DNA from: Macrostomum lignano
Lineage: Eukaryota
Direction: 5' to 3'
NCBI GenBank assembly: GCA_002269645.1
Contig: NIVC01000172.1
Coordinates: forward strand, 458,558-522,557
DNA: 64,000 bases
A model generated the notes under the pieces. The model was not told where the DNA came from, did not search any database, and saw only the letters and a list, made by a program, of their open reading frames with translations. This document shows positions 1-22,215 of this stretch, piece after piece. Both the position numbers and the translations under genes were made by a program. Within the stretch, counting starts at the first letter, position 1, and the number at the start of each line of letters is the position of its first letter.

Positions 1-228
1 ATTTTGATGAAATGTTTTGGTTCGTACATAGTATACTCGATTGCCTGGATAATCTAGTAGACTACATGTACCCCATTATACACTTTTTATCTAGAGCGCA
101 ATCTAAAACACAAACTATATTTCTCATAGTTACGGAGATTCTAATTTTGCATCTCCCGACAAGGCAACAAAATCTTTACAAGAAACGACTTCTGCATAGA
201 AACCAAACTCTTTTCCATTGCATTCCAG

Positions 229-1006
229 GTCAAGTGGTGGCTCACATTCAATGAGCCCTGGGTATTTACCGTGCTTGGTTACGGTCTGGGTGCCCACGCG
301 CCTGGAACAAAAGACCTTGTGAACACAGTGTACATTGTGTCGCACAATCTCCTGCGCGCCCACGCCAAGGCCTACAGGCTCTACGAGAAAGACTTCAAGC
401 CCACACAGCAGGGCAAAGTTGGCATCACGCTCAATGGCGCCTACGTCTTGCCGAAGGACCCGTCCAGCGAATTGGACAAGAAAGCCGCTCAGCGCTCGAT
501 GGATTTCTCGTTTAGCTGGTACTCCGACCCGGTGTACTTCGGCGACTACCCCGAGGAGATGAAGACCCGGATCGGTAACAAGAGTGCGGCAGCCGGCTTG
601 CCAAAGTCAAGGTACGCTATATGATAAGCGTCCTAAATTCAGTTGTGTCAGGGTTACCAGGCAAAAGTGGCCGAGAATAATTATCGACTAAAACGGCTAC
701 CGGACATTTTCCCGCCTCTGGCGTTTCCCTGCGTCAATAAAAACAAGCATGAAATGGGTCGCGGAATAACAAAGCGCTTTGTTGGCATCATCATATGTCT
801 AAAGTGTCTCCCCTTCTCTCTCCCACTCCCCCTCTTCATTGGCAGCAATGTGGATGTACATGTATCCATTTTATTCAACTAACTTCCGGTGATAGAGAGA
901 GAGAATACACGCGGACATGGACATAGGGATTCGAGATCGCTCATAATTTCATCCCAAGACCTACAACTACCCTTAATTCCCAACTCCAAAGGGCCCCCCT
1001 CTCTCT

Positions 1007-1038
<32 letters not shown>

Positions 1039-2103
1039 ATTGTGTTTTGTTTATTCCTATATGTCTCTATGGGGGCAATGTCCGAGGGGGGGGGAGGAAA
1101 CGCCGAAGGTGAAACGGTGGAGGGGAAACGTTAGAGGGGAAATGTCTAACACGTTCAGAAAGAAGGCTAGAGAGAGGGAAATATTATTCGTAACTTTGCA
1201 TGGATGATGCATCTTTGACTATCTCCTGGAGGTTTTTATCATACTCTCAATGAATAAACTCCCGTCCCCAGAGGTCAACAGATCACCGCTAAAGCTGGGA
1301 CAGCACAAGTCGAGACTTGAAAATCTCATTACTCATCATCGTTTACCTCCTCAGACTGCCCGAGTTCACAGCGGAAGAGAAAGCCGAGCTGAAAGGCACC
1401 AGCGACTTCTTCGGCCTGAACTATTACACCTCCAGCCTTGCTGAGCACAAAATACTGAGCAACGATGGCGGATACTATGACGATCAGGACATAGTATCCA
1501 CCATGGACCCCAGCTGGCCTGGAAGCGGTAGTCCTTGGCTCAAAGTGACACCATTCGGCATTCGCGAGGGCATCAAGTGGCTCAGCGCGCGGTACGGCAA
1601 CCCGCCTCTTGTGGTCACGGAGAACGGAGTTTCTGACAATGACGGGACCACCAGTGACCAACACCGAATTGACTTCTACAGAGAGTACATCGGAAACGTT
1701 ACGCAAGGTATATTTAAAAGTACATTTAAATAGCTACGTTCTTACGATGAAATTGAAGCTTCTGAATTTTGACAGACAGTTTTTGTGCACAAGTTGGTGT
1801 GAATCACGCATTGAAAAAAATTTCGATGTTTCTGTGTAACTAAATCTTTAACCTGGTCTGACTATAAATTTTAATCATTTTAACCTGCAATCCCCAACGA
1901 ACACTGCAGCCAAGAACGAGTTCAAGTGCAACGTAGTCGGCTACTTCGCCTGGTCCCTCATGGACAACTTCGAATGGGCCGAGGGCTACACGGAGTACTT
2001 CGGCATCGTCTCGGTGGACTTCAACGATCCTGAGCGGCCCAGAACCTTGAAGGACAGCGCCAAGTGGTACCGAGATTTCATTGCTGCTGAGATGACCATT
2101 TAG
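229..2103 (+). CDS. Glycoside hydrolase family 1 beta-glucosidase (lactase-phlorizin hydrolase/cytosolic beta-glucosidase-like), last three exons; 5' part lies outside the window
   Basis: Exons 229-611, 1355-1707 and 1910-2103, all with AG/GT boundaries and matching phases (930 nt). Contains WLTFNEP (acid/base Glu), GLNYYT, VTENG (nucleophile Glu) and [14 protein letters not shown]. Stop TAG at 2101-2103. Confidence 0.95.
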
Positions 2104-5100
2104 GCGCCAGCCACAACGCCAAAGGCTGGCTCGATTGTCACCGCGGCTCTGGGAGTCCTGACGATGGCTTTCGGACTGGCTCTGTCCTTGGCTAAGCTGC
2201 CTTTTTGAAGGCTACGAGATACTCACAAGGAGTCGCTGAGCCTGACGGATTAAATACGTTTTGATATATGATTTGCGCGCAAAAGTATTTGTTTTCTATT
2301 TTTGGCGCGAATTCACATTACTCGTAAAAACACTTCAACGAACTCGAGGTCGCAGATCAATAGACCCGTTACTCAAAATTGTTAAGTAATATATAATATA
2401 TACATCAATATTTCAGAATCAGTGTTTAATCCTCTGATTAGCAGTTTAGTTTTATGTTTTAAAAATCCAGAGCTTTAACTCTTTTCGATTCAAACTACAA
2501 AAAATTCGGCATAAATTATTAATGAGCAGATTTTAATTTCTGTTATTCTATTTTAAAAGGCCTGCATGATTTCCATGTGATAATCCAGCTATGCTAAATC
2601 TCTCTCGGCTAATAATAACCCTCGGCAAATTCAGCTTTGAACACAGTGAGTCGATATTTCGATAACCAAGGATGATATTCAGTGTGTAAATTTATTATAT
2701 CAATACCATAAAATACACCTTGTGAAGTGCAGCATTGTGTCATTTGAACCCATTAAGCTGAGGAAGCTTACGTGTAAAGTTACTTCCCCTGGTTGGTCAG
2801 CTCATCCCCCCCAGTCGCCTAGCTGATCGAAATATATACATGTATAGATGTATATATAACATAGATAAATAGATAATACATGTATAGATCGAAATGTTTG
2901 ATCTATACATGTACCTTTAGAGTAAAAAAAGGGCTGGATTACCGGCTTGGGATTATGACCGCAAGCATCTATAAGTCAATCGTTCTCCTTCCCTGGAACC
3001 GCATCTCGAAGGACTCCAGCATCTGGAGAGCCGAGGCGTCTCTTCGCCCGCAGGCTGTGGCGTTAAGATTCAGATTCTAATCTCTTCTCAATTCAGACAT
3101 AAGCTCGTGCATGCCGCAGATGCGCATAAGATGGCTGCCTACCCTTTGCACTCTTCATTTCGAGAATTATGCAGTACGCATAACCAAGCTATTTCTCTTA
3201 ATTTACAGGAGTTACACGTAGCAATTGGTTTTAAAAAATTAAATAGCGGATTTAATTTTGTTTAAACGCTACTCGTACATGTACGATGCTTTTCAAATAA
3301 CAGTGTCATTTTAATCCATTAGTTTATATAAAAAGTATGGATGATCTTAGAAATTAGCCAGAGGTTGGTAAGGAACGTTGTATACAGTTTTTCTGTCTAT
3401 TCGGTTATTACTGCGTCCAATTTATCTTTCAATTTGGTATTTTAAACCACCTTTCCAAACCAACAATCCTCTGTCCACCACACTTATTTTAGCGTATGGT
3501 GCTCTCTGCACCATTCTTTACTTAGATTTCTCGCAGTTCTAAACCAGAGTTCTGTTGTCGATGGCATTCAATGGTTTGTCTATGTAAAATCTCCGCCATG
3601 CTGCCAGGTCAGACGGAGCTGAAGACGTAGCACGCACCAATTTGAATGAAGAAAAATCCAAATCGGGTGCTAAAATGTAGTTGTCGTATGGCTGGTGCGC
3701 TGAATGGGCCGGGTTTTGCCATATGACAATTTCTCGATAGAGTCGCGAGACTGACTAGTCTGACTCTATCCTGTGTGCAATATCAGGACAAAGGACACAG
3801 TAGATACAGTACGGCTTTATAGTATGGAACATGAAATTTACTTGCATCAAAATCACTGAGGGTCAATTTCAAACGTTCGAAGCCTTTGGTCAACAAACAG
3901 CAATTTTGGTTGTTGATTAAAACTGTTGCCAAGTCTACACACAGATAAAAATGGCTATGACTTGACAGGTGTGTCCCGCGATAATTTTCTAAGCCAATGC
4001 CACCGTTGTATTTTTTCGCCTTATCGCGTTACAAACCTTTTATATAAAGCCTACAAAACAGAAGAATCCCAGCAGTTTTTCAGCTGAGTGTGCCAAAACT
4101 GGCGTGTTGCATGATGACCAGACACCGTCAGATACCACCAATACAGTGCCGTCGCGTTATCTGTTGAAGATTATTTTCTGGAATACATTTTCTGGCCATA
4201 GCTTAAATTAAATATTGCTTCTTTTCTTGTAACTATCAGCAGCTCAACTTCAGAACATATTTGTGAGCACGTTCAATAAGTTTCTGTGGGGGGGGGTCAA
4301 TCTGACTCCCTTAATTAACCCCAGGCCTCGACCATTCATTATGCGTGGTGTCCGCTTCAGCACAGGGCGATGAGCATAAGAAACAGATAAAAAATCCCGA
4401 CTTTCAGGGGCCAGAAGGCTTTCCATGTATAGTTGTCAAAGCTTTCAAGCGTCTGAAGAAAACGAGAACAAATTAGTTCTGCAAGACAGTCATAAATCAT
4501 GATTACAATGTCAAAAAGATGAGAAGAGGCATGCAAATGCACTTGAGATCCCATAGACAGCTAGCTCTGAAAAGGTTCTAAGCTAAATTGAAATAAGATA
4601 AGATCAGAAACCCAAAAAGATAGAACATACAGGTATAAAGATATAGGAGGAGAAGAGAAAGACTAAACAAAAATATTAAAGATAGAAAAAAAGTCATTGA
4701 AGAAAACTCGGTGTGTGCTACTGACAGTAGACTCATATGCGTTAAAAGTTAATTTAAAATTAATATACACACATGTACATGCAGCTAGAAAAAGGCGCCT
4801 TTACTGCATGCAGAAAATGTGTACATGGTGGAAAACTCACGTGAGTCAATCCAGAGCACAGTAAGCTGTATGAACCTATACGGCTATAGCTTTGTACCTT
4901 CAAGGGGCTATCGTTACCCAAATACATGTATAAACACGTTACTATTCAGCGGAGCGTCGCCATGGATTTTATGGTGACAAAGCGAAATAATTCAACATGT
5001 ACATGTACATGTACAGTACATAATTATAAAATTCCTAGATTTCCATTATTTTGAGAATCGTGTCGTCAGCGCTCATTTTGGCGCCGCAGGTGCTCATTTT

Positions 5101-8100
5101 AGCGCCACAGACACTCATTTTGGCGCCGCACGCCCTCATTTTGGAGCCGAAGGTGCTATGGCGCCCTGAAGAAAAAATTATTGATTAACGACAACATACG
5201 GGCACAAGGAGGGGTGGGGGGACAAAGCATTGGCATGTCCACACCCCCGTAGCTTTTACTGGAGGGGGATTTGCTTTTACTGGGGGAGAAGTCCTCTCTG
5301 CCCCCCCCCCCGGTGGTGACGCGTCTGCGCCAATCAGTATATAATTGCTAACTTTTGTTTCTCCAAAAACCACTTTTAAATGCATTACTCCATGTTCAAG
5401 TGGAATCCATGAATAAATTTTATTAGCGGCTTTGTTTTGCAGCGTACTGGACTTTAGGTCAGATAGCTATGCCTAGTACAAACTTTTTCAGATTGTTAAT
5501 AAGCAAGTTAACAAGCATGTGTATATGTGCGCGTAGTCAAATTGTTTTATACCTTAGGTAATATAACTTTTTATGTGTACGTGCTAGAAATCCAAAGTCA
5601 AATAAATTTCAAGGTCAGGTGACGAGTCAGTTTTTTTCCCGATTCTCGAGTGTAGCGTTCTTCTTCTTTGCTGTCTAGTGTCTATTAGTTTATTGCTTGA
5701 TGATTCATCAATCTTGATTAACAGCCCAAAAGTTTACGGCATTGTCCATCATCATGAAAAATTTAACTATAATTTGATTGTCTTACCTTAAAGTTAAAGA
5801 ACACGTAACAATGATTTTTATAACTTAGTTCTAAAAATTAATTAAACCTTCACTAAAATTAAAACACTTTGTTTAGCCAAAATAGGTTATTTTAAAATTA
5901 TTCATCAAAATTCTTCGTCGCGATCGAAGCGCGATTAAATTGCGTTCAGTTTCAGCGTTCAGTACGATTTTTGATTGGTCTGTTCTTAACATTGTCATTG
6001 TATGCTCTTCAATATCCGTGTCTCTTGTTTACGAAAATATATTAGGCCTAAGACTATGTTTAAAATAGTTTTTAAATAGGCCCTAATTAATGAAACAATT
6101 TAAATATTTTTAGACTGCTAATTTAATTTCACAGCATATAGCATAGGATAGGCCTAGTATATCATAAATGCCTTCACACTACCTTCTTAACAAAAACTAA
6201 GGATAGGCCTATTGGTCACTCGGTCAATATCCATATACCAAAAATGGTTTTGTCTAACTGAGACTTAAGACTAAGAGATTAAGACTTAAGCCTAAAGATT
6301 TTAAATATTGTTGGCATCGGATCCTATGATTCAATCTATTCAATCAACTAAGTTTTAATCAGTGGTACAAGATATTTATTGCCTCTGCCTTTTGAGCTCT
6401 AGATAGAGCAATTGGTAGAAATAAATGGAACAGTAGCTGGAGCAATGTGATAGATAGGCCCTGCCCTAGGCAGCTAGGCCTAGGGCAATAAAAGTAGCAA
6501 TAGGTAGAGCAGCAGGCCAGCAGATAGAGCAGTAGATAGGCCTAGAGCTATTTGATAAAGCAGAGATCTATTTAGTGCTCTGTTTGATATAGCACTAGAT
6601 AGAGCAGGTGCAGCCCATTTTGGCAAAGAAATTTTTGGTCCTGCACAAGTGAATTTTTTAGTTTACATAAAGTCAAATGATATACTATAGGCCTAGGCCT
6701 ACATTTTGGCAAAAGAATGACTAGTTAGATAAAAGGACAAGGCCTAGGCTACTTATACCTAACTTATAATTGCCAATAGGCCTATACCATTACCACTTTG
6801 GTGATTTTTAGCTTTAAAGATATTTATTGACCATCTGACACATTTGCCTTTTTAATTTTAAAATCATGATTTAGCTTTATAGTTATATTATGTATGCAAG
6901 CAACAAAGTGCAATTATTGAATTTGTGATGAATGTGTTTTTTTCAGTTTAGTTCTTAAATTGTGTTTTGAAATTCCATTATAATAGTGAGGTAGGAGTAG
7001 AGAAATAATAAAAAGTTTTTTCTTTTGGTGGTTGGCTTGGTTTGACACTAGTTTGTAGTGGTTCTAGCATTTGAATTGCCGCTAATATTGAGGTCATTCA
7101 AATTAAATCCGGCAATTTGCGCGGACAAATCTCAACAAAATTTCTCTTGATGCTCTGGCTGCCAAGGTCCCCAATTCCGGGGAGGGTAGTTTTGGTCGTA
7201 GATGAATAGTCTTTATTAGGCACAAGTGTTCAGAGTGGGTCCTTAGACACTGAAATTAATGTACCATGAATGTTTGACTGATTACTTTCAGTAGAGTAGT
7301 GCTGCCACCATTGTAATTTACGTATATTATAGAATGTTTAATTCTTAAAGCTTCTTTGAGTTGAGAGCTTGGTTGTTTTATGCCCCATAGGCAAATGACT
7401 TAAGATAGGCTATGGCTCCTAATTAAGTATTGAGCAAAGAAAGTAACTTAACATTCATTTATTAAAATCAAAGGTGGAATAATATAATAGTAAAGTTTAT
7501 GTTTGAGCCAACTTGACAATAAAATGATTCTTGGGGGAGCCACAGTGTGGGGAAAATAAGGGGCAAATGAGGCTATATAAGCTAGAGTTATTAGCCTTAT
7601 AGTAATAGGTATTAAACAACTGAGCACAATTAACAAAGTATTAAGAGTTAAGCAGAGCTAAAATAAATAGTGTTACTAACTAGTTCAACTGAACACAAGG
7701 GAAAAAAGGAGAGGAAGTGGCTTTTCGAGTTGGGCTGAATGAGGCCAAGTTAAATACTAAAGGGGAAGCAGAAGGTGGGCAAAGTGGTCCAGAGAATGGG
7801 GATAGGGCAACTTTTTTTGACTTTTTCCTAAGACAACACAAACTCTTTGCTCATTGCCAAAGCTTGGATCAATCCTAAATCCCAACAAATTGTTTATTGA
7901 AATAGTTAGCTTTAGACAAAATACTTATTGTAAAAGTATTTTTTGCCATTATGGACTTATGTCATTTTGTTTATTGCATATTTTAAAAAAATATAATAAA
8001 CTTTTTATAATACTTAAACATTTAATTAAAAAACAAATTTAATTTTAACTATCTTCCAAGTTATAATCAGTACATATATTTTAGTAAATAATAGTTTCCT

Positions 8101-9775
8101 TAATTAGATGATTAGATATTTTGTATTTATCCATATTAAAGGATGTCTATTAAAAATTATTAATTTAATAGATGATGGGCAATTTGGTTATTAAAATATA
8201 AACAAATTATGTTTAGGAAGATATATTAGAAACTATTTTTAGATATGCTCATACTTCTAATAAAATCATTTGTTAGTTACCTTGGTATTAAAAATGAGCT
8301 TGTTATCTTATTACTATCTCATTCAGTATCATAACACTGACATCATATTTACTATATTGTGGCAGACAGTATGACTATATTCTATTTTTGCAAACAAAAA
8401 TGTGGTAGACAAACTGGCAGCAAACAAAATGGCTCTCAATTTTAAGTTGAATATAGTCCTAGCCACTCTTATGCAATTATTAACACACTGTTTATGAGAG
8501 ATAGTATAATAAATTGCTGTCATTCTTTACTTTCTTATGTACTAGGGGTAAACCTCTCTCTTAAAATTCTTACCAAAGTTGTGAAAAGGCTTCTCTTCTG
8601 TCTCTACAAATGTCCTGTTGTGGCCAACAAGACTTCTATTATAAATTTATTATTCTAGAACAAGCCTAAGTAATATTCTTTGTATAGGATTGGCTATTTG
8701 ACTGAGTATTTATCTAAGCATAGATCTGAGTATTTGTCTAAGAATTATACTAAGTATTGATCTGAATATTAGTTAAACATCATAGGCAGCATTCTTACTG
8801 TTATTCTAGTAGCATTCTACTGTTATTTTAGTAGCATTCTTTACTGTTATTCTGGCTTGAGCTATACATATTCTACTAGTATATATATTGCAAGTATTTC
8901 TGGTCTTGGGCATTTATTGAGATCAGAGGATCATAGCCTCCTGTACTTTATATGTACTATTAGGATCTACTTTGTATTCTTCTACTTAACACTTCTGTTT
9001 CTCACTAGTATATATGGTATATAGCCCTGCTTTACTTCATTAGAAAATGAATTAACTCAGAAAAACAATCTTCAATTATATTTACTTGGAACTCTTATTA
9101 TTCACTGGTAAATTCTTTCTTATCAAACCACAATGGGCAAGGTTTGATTCAAAGCTCAAATAAGAGTATGGTTCTCCTATAAATAAATAAATAAATAAAT
9201 TTGTTTCTATTAATACTAAAATTTCAGTTCATTTATAACAAAAAATAAAGTGCAAACATATTTTGAGAAATGCAATTATTAGAACAAAATGTTTTCTTAG
9301 AAACATATAGATTTTAAAATGGCATAGAAAGTTAAAGTTAGATTTTTGCATATAAATAAAGAATAGAAAGAGGCCTTCCACATTTACTATATTATTGTGA
9401 ATGATTAAGAAACTATTGCTGTTGAATTTTATATCATTAAAAGTTACAAGAAATTAATAAGCTCTAGCTCTAGATCTAGATCAGCTATGGAAAAAATAGA
9501 TAGGGGCCTATAGCTGTCAATATAGATATGGTAAAATAAGATAGACAGACAGAGACAGCTTAGATTTAGATATATAGATTTGGTATTTGGATCCAAAGTC
9601 AAGATGCCAAATTTATAATTAACATATCATGTTATGATACTTGTCATGGTACAAAAGGCCTTTTTATTGACCAAATCAGAATTTTACACCCAAATCCTTA
9701 TTGTCATGTTTTTTCAGGTGAATTTTATAGTTTTTATTTGCTTTCACTAAAGAAATACAAATCTGTTGCTAAATA

Positions 9776-18969
<9,194 letters not shown>

Positions 18970-19594
18970 GCTAAATAATCAGCCTACTGTGGACTACATT
19001 GCGTCTTAAACTGTTTTTTTATATCCTTGAGGTGTCGGATTCGCAGCCGCGGTTACGCTGCTCTGTTGTTACTGTTTGGTGCAAGGAATATAACTATAAG
19101 GTCAACCTACTAGCAGTAGTGCGTGCTACATTTATGCGAGTGCGTATCGAAGTTGGTTTTCTCTGGCGACTCTGTGCTGTATAATAGTCATTCCAGATTT
19201 TGTTATTATTCCCTGGTGTCAGTGCCTGGCCGTCTGCCTACGGCTGGCATAAAAAATTGTTGCATATACATATATTTGTCTATTAATTGCTTCTTTTTAT
19301 TCTATAGAGTGGACTGGACATTGCAACGAACACAACACAGCATAATACGCATTCTGTTGCTCTACTGGTCACAGCAGCCATGTGACGTCATTCTAAAGTC
19401 ATTGCTGGATTACACGAAAATTTTACGTTTGTTGTGTTTTGCTTTTTTATATGCAGATATGCAGATCCGATGGCTTGCCGTGTTATTTTTTTCAATTTTT
19501 GTAATCATATTATTAAAGTCATGTTAACTCGTGTCCTCCCTCCTTCCTTTATGTAGTATGGCCGTTCCCCAACCCCAGAACCCCAGTTTCTGAG

Positions 19595-19815
19595 CCACCA
19601 CCAGCTTCAGATCCTCAGTTGCTGGGCCAGCCTCCCAGATCCTCAGTTACTGCGCCAGCCTCCCAGATCCTCAGTTTCTGGGCCAGCCTCCCAGATCCTC
19701 AGTTGCTGGGCCAACCTCCCAGATTCTCATTTGCTGGACCACCGCCAGCCTCCCAGATCCTCATTTGCTGGACCACCGCCAGCCTCCCAGATCCTCAGTT
19801 GCTGCGCCACCCTCC
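19595..19815. repeat. 28-bp minisatellite (CTGGGCCAGCCTCCCAGATCCTCAGTTG)n, locus 1
   Basis: Same unit as 39580-40152 and 41685-42655; degenerate here. Confidence 0.85.
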
Positions 19816-20425
19816 AAAGTCCTATAAGTTATGCAGTGCAAATATTATCTGATTTTTTAGAGTCCAAAGCGCGGCTGATCGATCTGTGTTAATTTTTAAG
19901 TCTCAAGTCATCTCACCCAGTTATCCGCAAGCCAACCCCATCGCGACTGCTAAAGTTAAATGATTTATTATAATAGCTTATTAGCGTTGTGCCGTAAAGC
20001 CTCATCCCCAATGTCTTATTGGTGTCGCTTGTGACCTCGTATTTTACACCGTTGTAACACTTTTATCCCACCTACAGTTTCACCATTTTTTCATTTCACC
20101 TTTGGCGGCAATCTTTATTGAAAATGTATTGTTTTTTAAATAAATGATTATCTGATGTATACTACTTGTCATGATCTTCACTGTAAGCCGGCTCAACGTT
20201 ATTTTATTTTCATCGGTTTTCCTCTAGCTAGCAATGTAAGAGATTCAATTTAGACTACTGAGAAAAGTAGACAAATAAAGATTTGAATTGTAAAATCTCT
20301 CAGATAGGTCGAAAAATGTCGTCATAAAGTGTCATGAAACAGTTGCAATTTTTCTTAGTGAAAGTTCCTATGTACTTTTAAACACTGGATAAACCGATAT
20401 GTATCGAAATGTATGTAATGCTTTC

Positions 20426-20890
20426 ATGTCGTCACCAGCAGCCGCTAGCACAGGCCGCCTGTCCTGGCTGGCCAGGCTGTACATTTACTCGCTCCACGGT
20501 CTGGCAATCGAGGTGTGCTTCTGCGCTGTCTGGTACCTCATCGAGCGGTTCGAAGTCCGCCTGCACGGCTACTCGAGCGTCTGGTCGCTGCCGATCTACG
20601 GCCTGTCCCTGCTGTGCATGGAGGCTCAGTCGGACTGGCTGCAGTCGCGCCAAGTGCCAATGCCACTGCGCGGCTTGGTGTACCTGGCCTGGACCTACGC
20701 CTGGGAGTTCGCCTGCGGCAGCGTGCTAAAGCTGTTTGGCGCCAATAGCTGGGATTACACAGACTATGCCAATTATCATATTTATGGTTTGGTTAATTTT
20801 GACTACGCCCCATTGTGGTTCACTTCGGGCCTGCTGTGCGAACGCTATCTGCTTGTGTGGGCTCGGAGTCTTCGCTGGGACTCAGGATAA
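20426..20890 (+). CDS. TMEM229B: TMEM229B-like transmembrane protein, single coding exon, 154 aa
   Basis: Motifs RLYIYSLHG..EV.F.A.W, GYSSVWSLPIYG, YLAWTYAWEF..G, WDYT and APLWF match the TMEM229 family as I recall it. First ATG in the ORF-track frame is 20426. Confidence 0.88.
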   Translation: MSSPAAASTGRLSWLARLYIYSLHGLAIEVCFCAVWYLIERFEVRLHGYSSVWSLPIYGLSLLCMEAQSDWLQSRQVPMPLRGLVYLAWTYAWEFACGSVLKLFGANSWDYTDYANYHIYGLVNFDYAPLWFTSGLLCERYLLVWARSLRWDSG

Positions 20891-21574
20891 GTGCTGGTTT
20901 AGGAGCCTGGCAACCAATTTATCAAACTGTAGTCTAGTTACAAGTACAAACACAATTTGTACTTTTATTCGCGCTTTCCTATTGCATTATTATGAGTACT
21001 CGCGCGTTATATTTACTAGTAAAAAACTACTAAGCTTTTTTAGCAATCCTAATTTGTGTCAAATTTAGATTTGTGTAAGATATAAAGATTAAAGAGTCTA
21101 GTGTATACTTTTTCAACTTATTTTTCAACTTACCCAAACCTTTAATTGTTAGATAATTGAAAACACGCTGTACTTTTTTCTGTTTTATCGGAAAGATGTT
21201 TCTTTTTTGAATTATAGTTTTCTTTAATAATTGTCGTCTATAATTTCTTTATAGAATGTGTGTGCGTTTGTCTAGGATGCAATTGCCGTATGATCTCAGT
21301 TAAAATTTGCTGTTTTTCTGTTCTAATTAGAATTTTATTTCCATAAATATTTTAAATTGCTGATTTTAAGTAAATCATTGCTATAGAATAGGATATTGAG
21401 ATGATTTGGAAAGTTTAAAGTGTTCTTTTAAAATAGGCTCGTATAAATGTTCCGATATGCTATGTAGGTGTAGTTGATAAAAACTTACAATGTCTAAGAA
21501 GCATTGCTTTTTGATGGTTGAGTAGATATTATAGTTTGCCTAATTTACACAATGCCATTCTATATCTCAAACAG

Positions 21575-21990
21575 AATGACGTCATTCACCCAGATAGCAA
21601 ACAGAATGACGTCATTCGGATAAGGAATTTGCTCATAGATAGCAAACAGAATGACGTCATTCATATAAAAATGACATGATTCACATGACGTCATTTTCCC
21701 AGATAACAAACAGCTTGACGTCATTCCTCTAGATAACAAACAGCATGACGTCATTCTCCAGATAACAAATAGCATGACGTCATAAACCCAGATAAAAATA
21801 GCATAACGTCATTCTCCCAGACAAAAAACAGCATGACGTCATCTCTCAGATAACAAACGGCATGACGTCATTCTCTTAGACAACAAACAGCATGACGTCA
21901 TTCTCTCAGATAAAAAATAGCCTGACGTCATTCTTTCTGATAACAAATAGCATGATGTCATTCTCCCAGATCCCTAAATAGCATAGTCAT
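21575..21990. repeat. About 30-bp minisatellite carrying TGACGTCA, upstream of CCT2
   Basis: Units resemble GCATGACGTCATTCTCCCAGATAACAAACA. Confidence 0.9.
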
Positions 21991-22215
21991 TCTCCTAACT
22001 AACCAGCTACATAAGGTTCAGCACTGCTAGATTAAGACAATGAATTTCTAGAAGCATATCCATTGTTCCATGCTCCAGAAAGCAGGCAATGCATGTCAGA
22101 TTTACACAGTGCCAAAACCCCTCGCATTCTTGCATGCTGTTGCAGCGTCAGTCCATCCTCAGCCTTTAATCTCGTCAAATACGCAACTAATAAATCGGCC
22201 AATCGATAATCCACC

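Noticed and set aside
2877-2914. 14-bp-arm hairpin TACATGTATAGATC...GATCTATACATGTA
   Set aside because: It is built from the locally abundant TACATGTA and AT-rich words, with no TSD or other support.
3330-4320. Possible decayed transposase ending near a GGGGTCAATCTGACTCCC-TTAA motif
   Set aside because: Partial manual translation gave frequent stops and no recognisable motif.
5055-5330. Four approximately 21-bp CTCATTTTGGCGCC repeats and a MITE-like end (GGTGGTGACGCGTCTG)
   Set aside because: No matching opposite terminus or TSD was found; probably an old repeat fragment.
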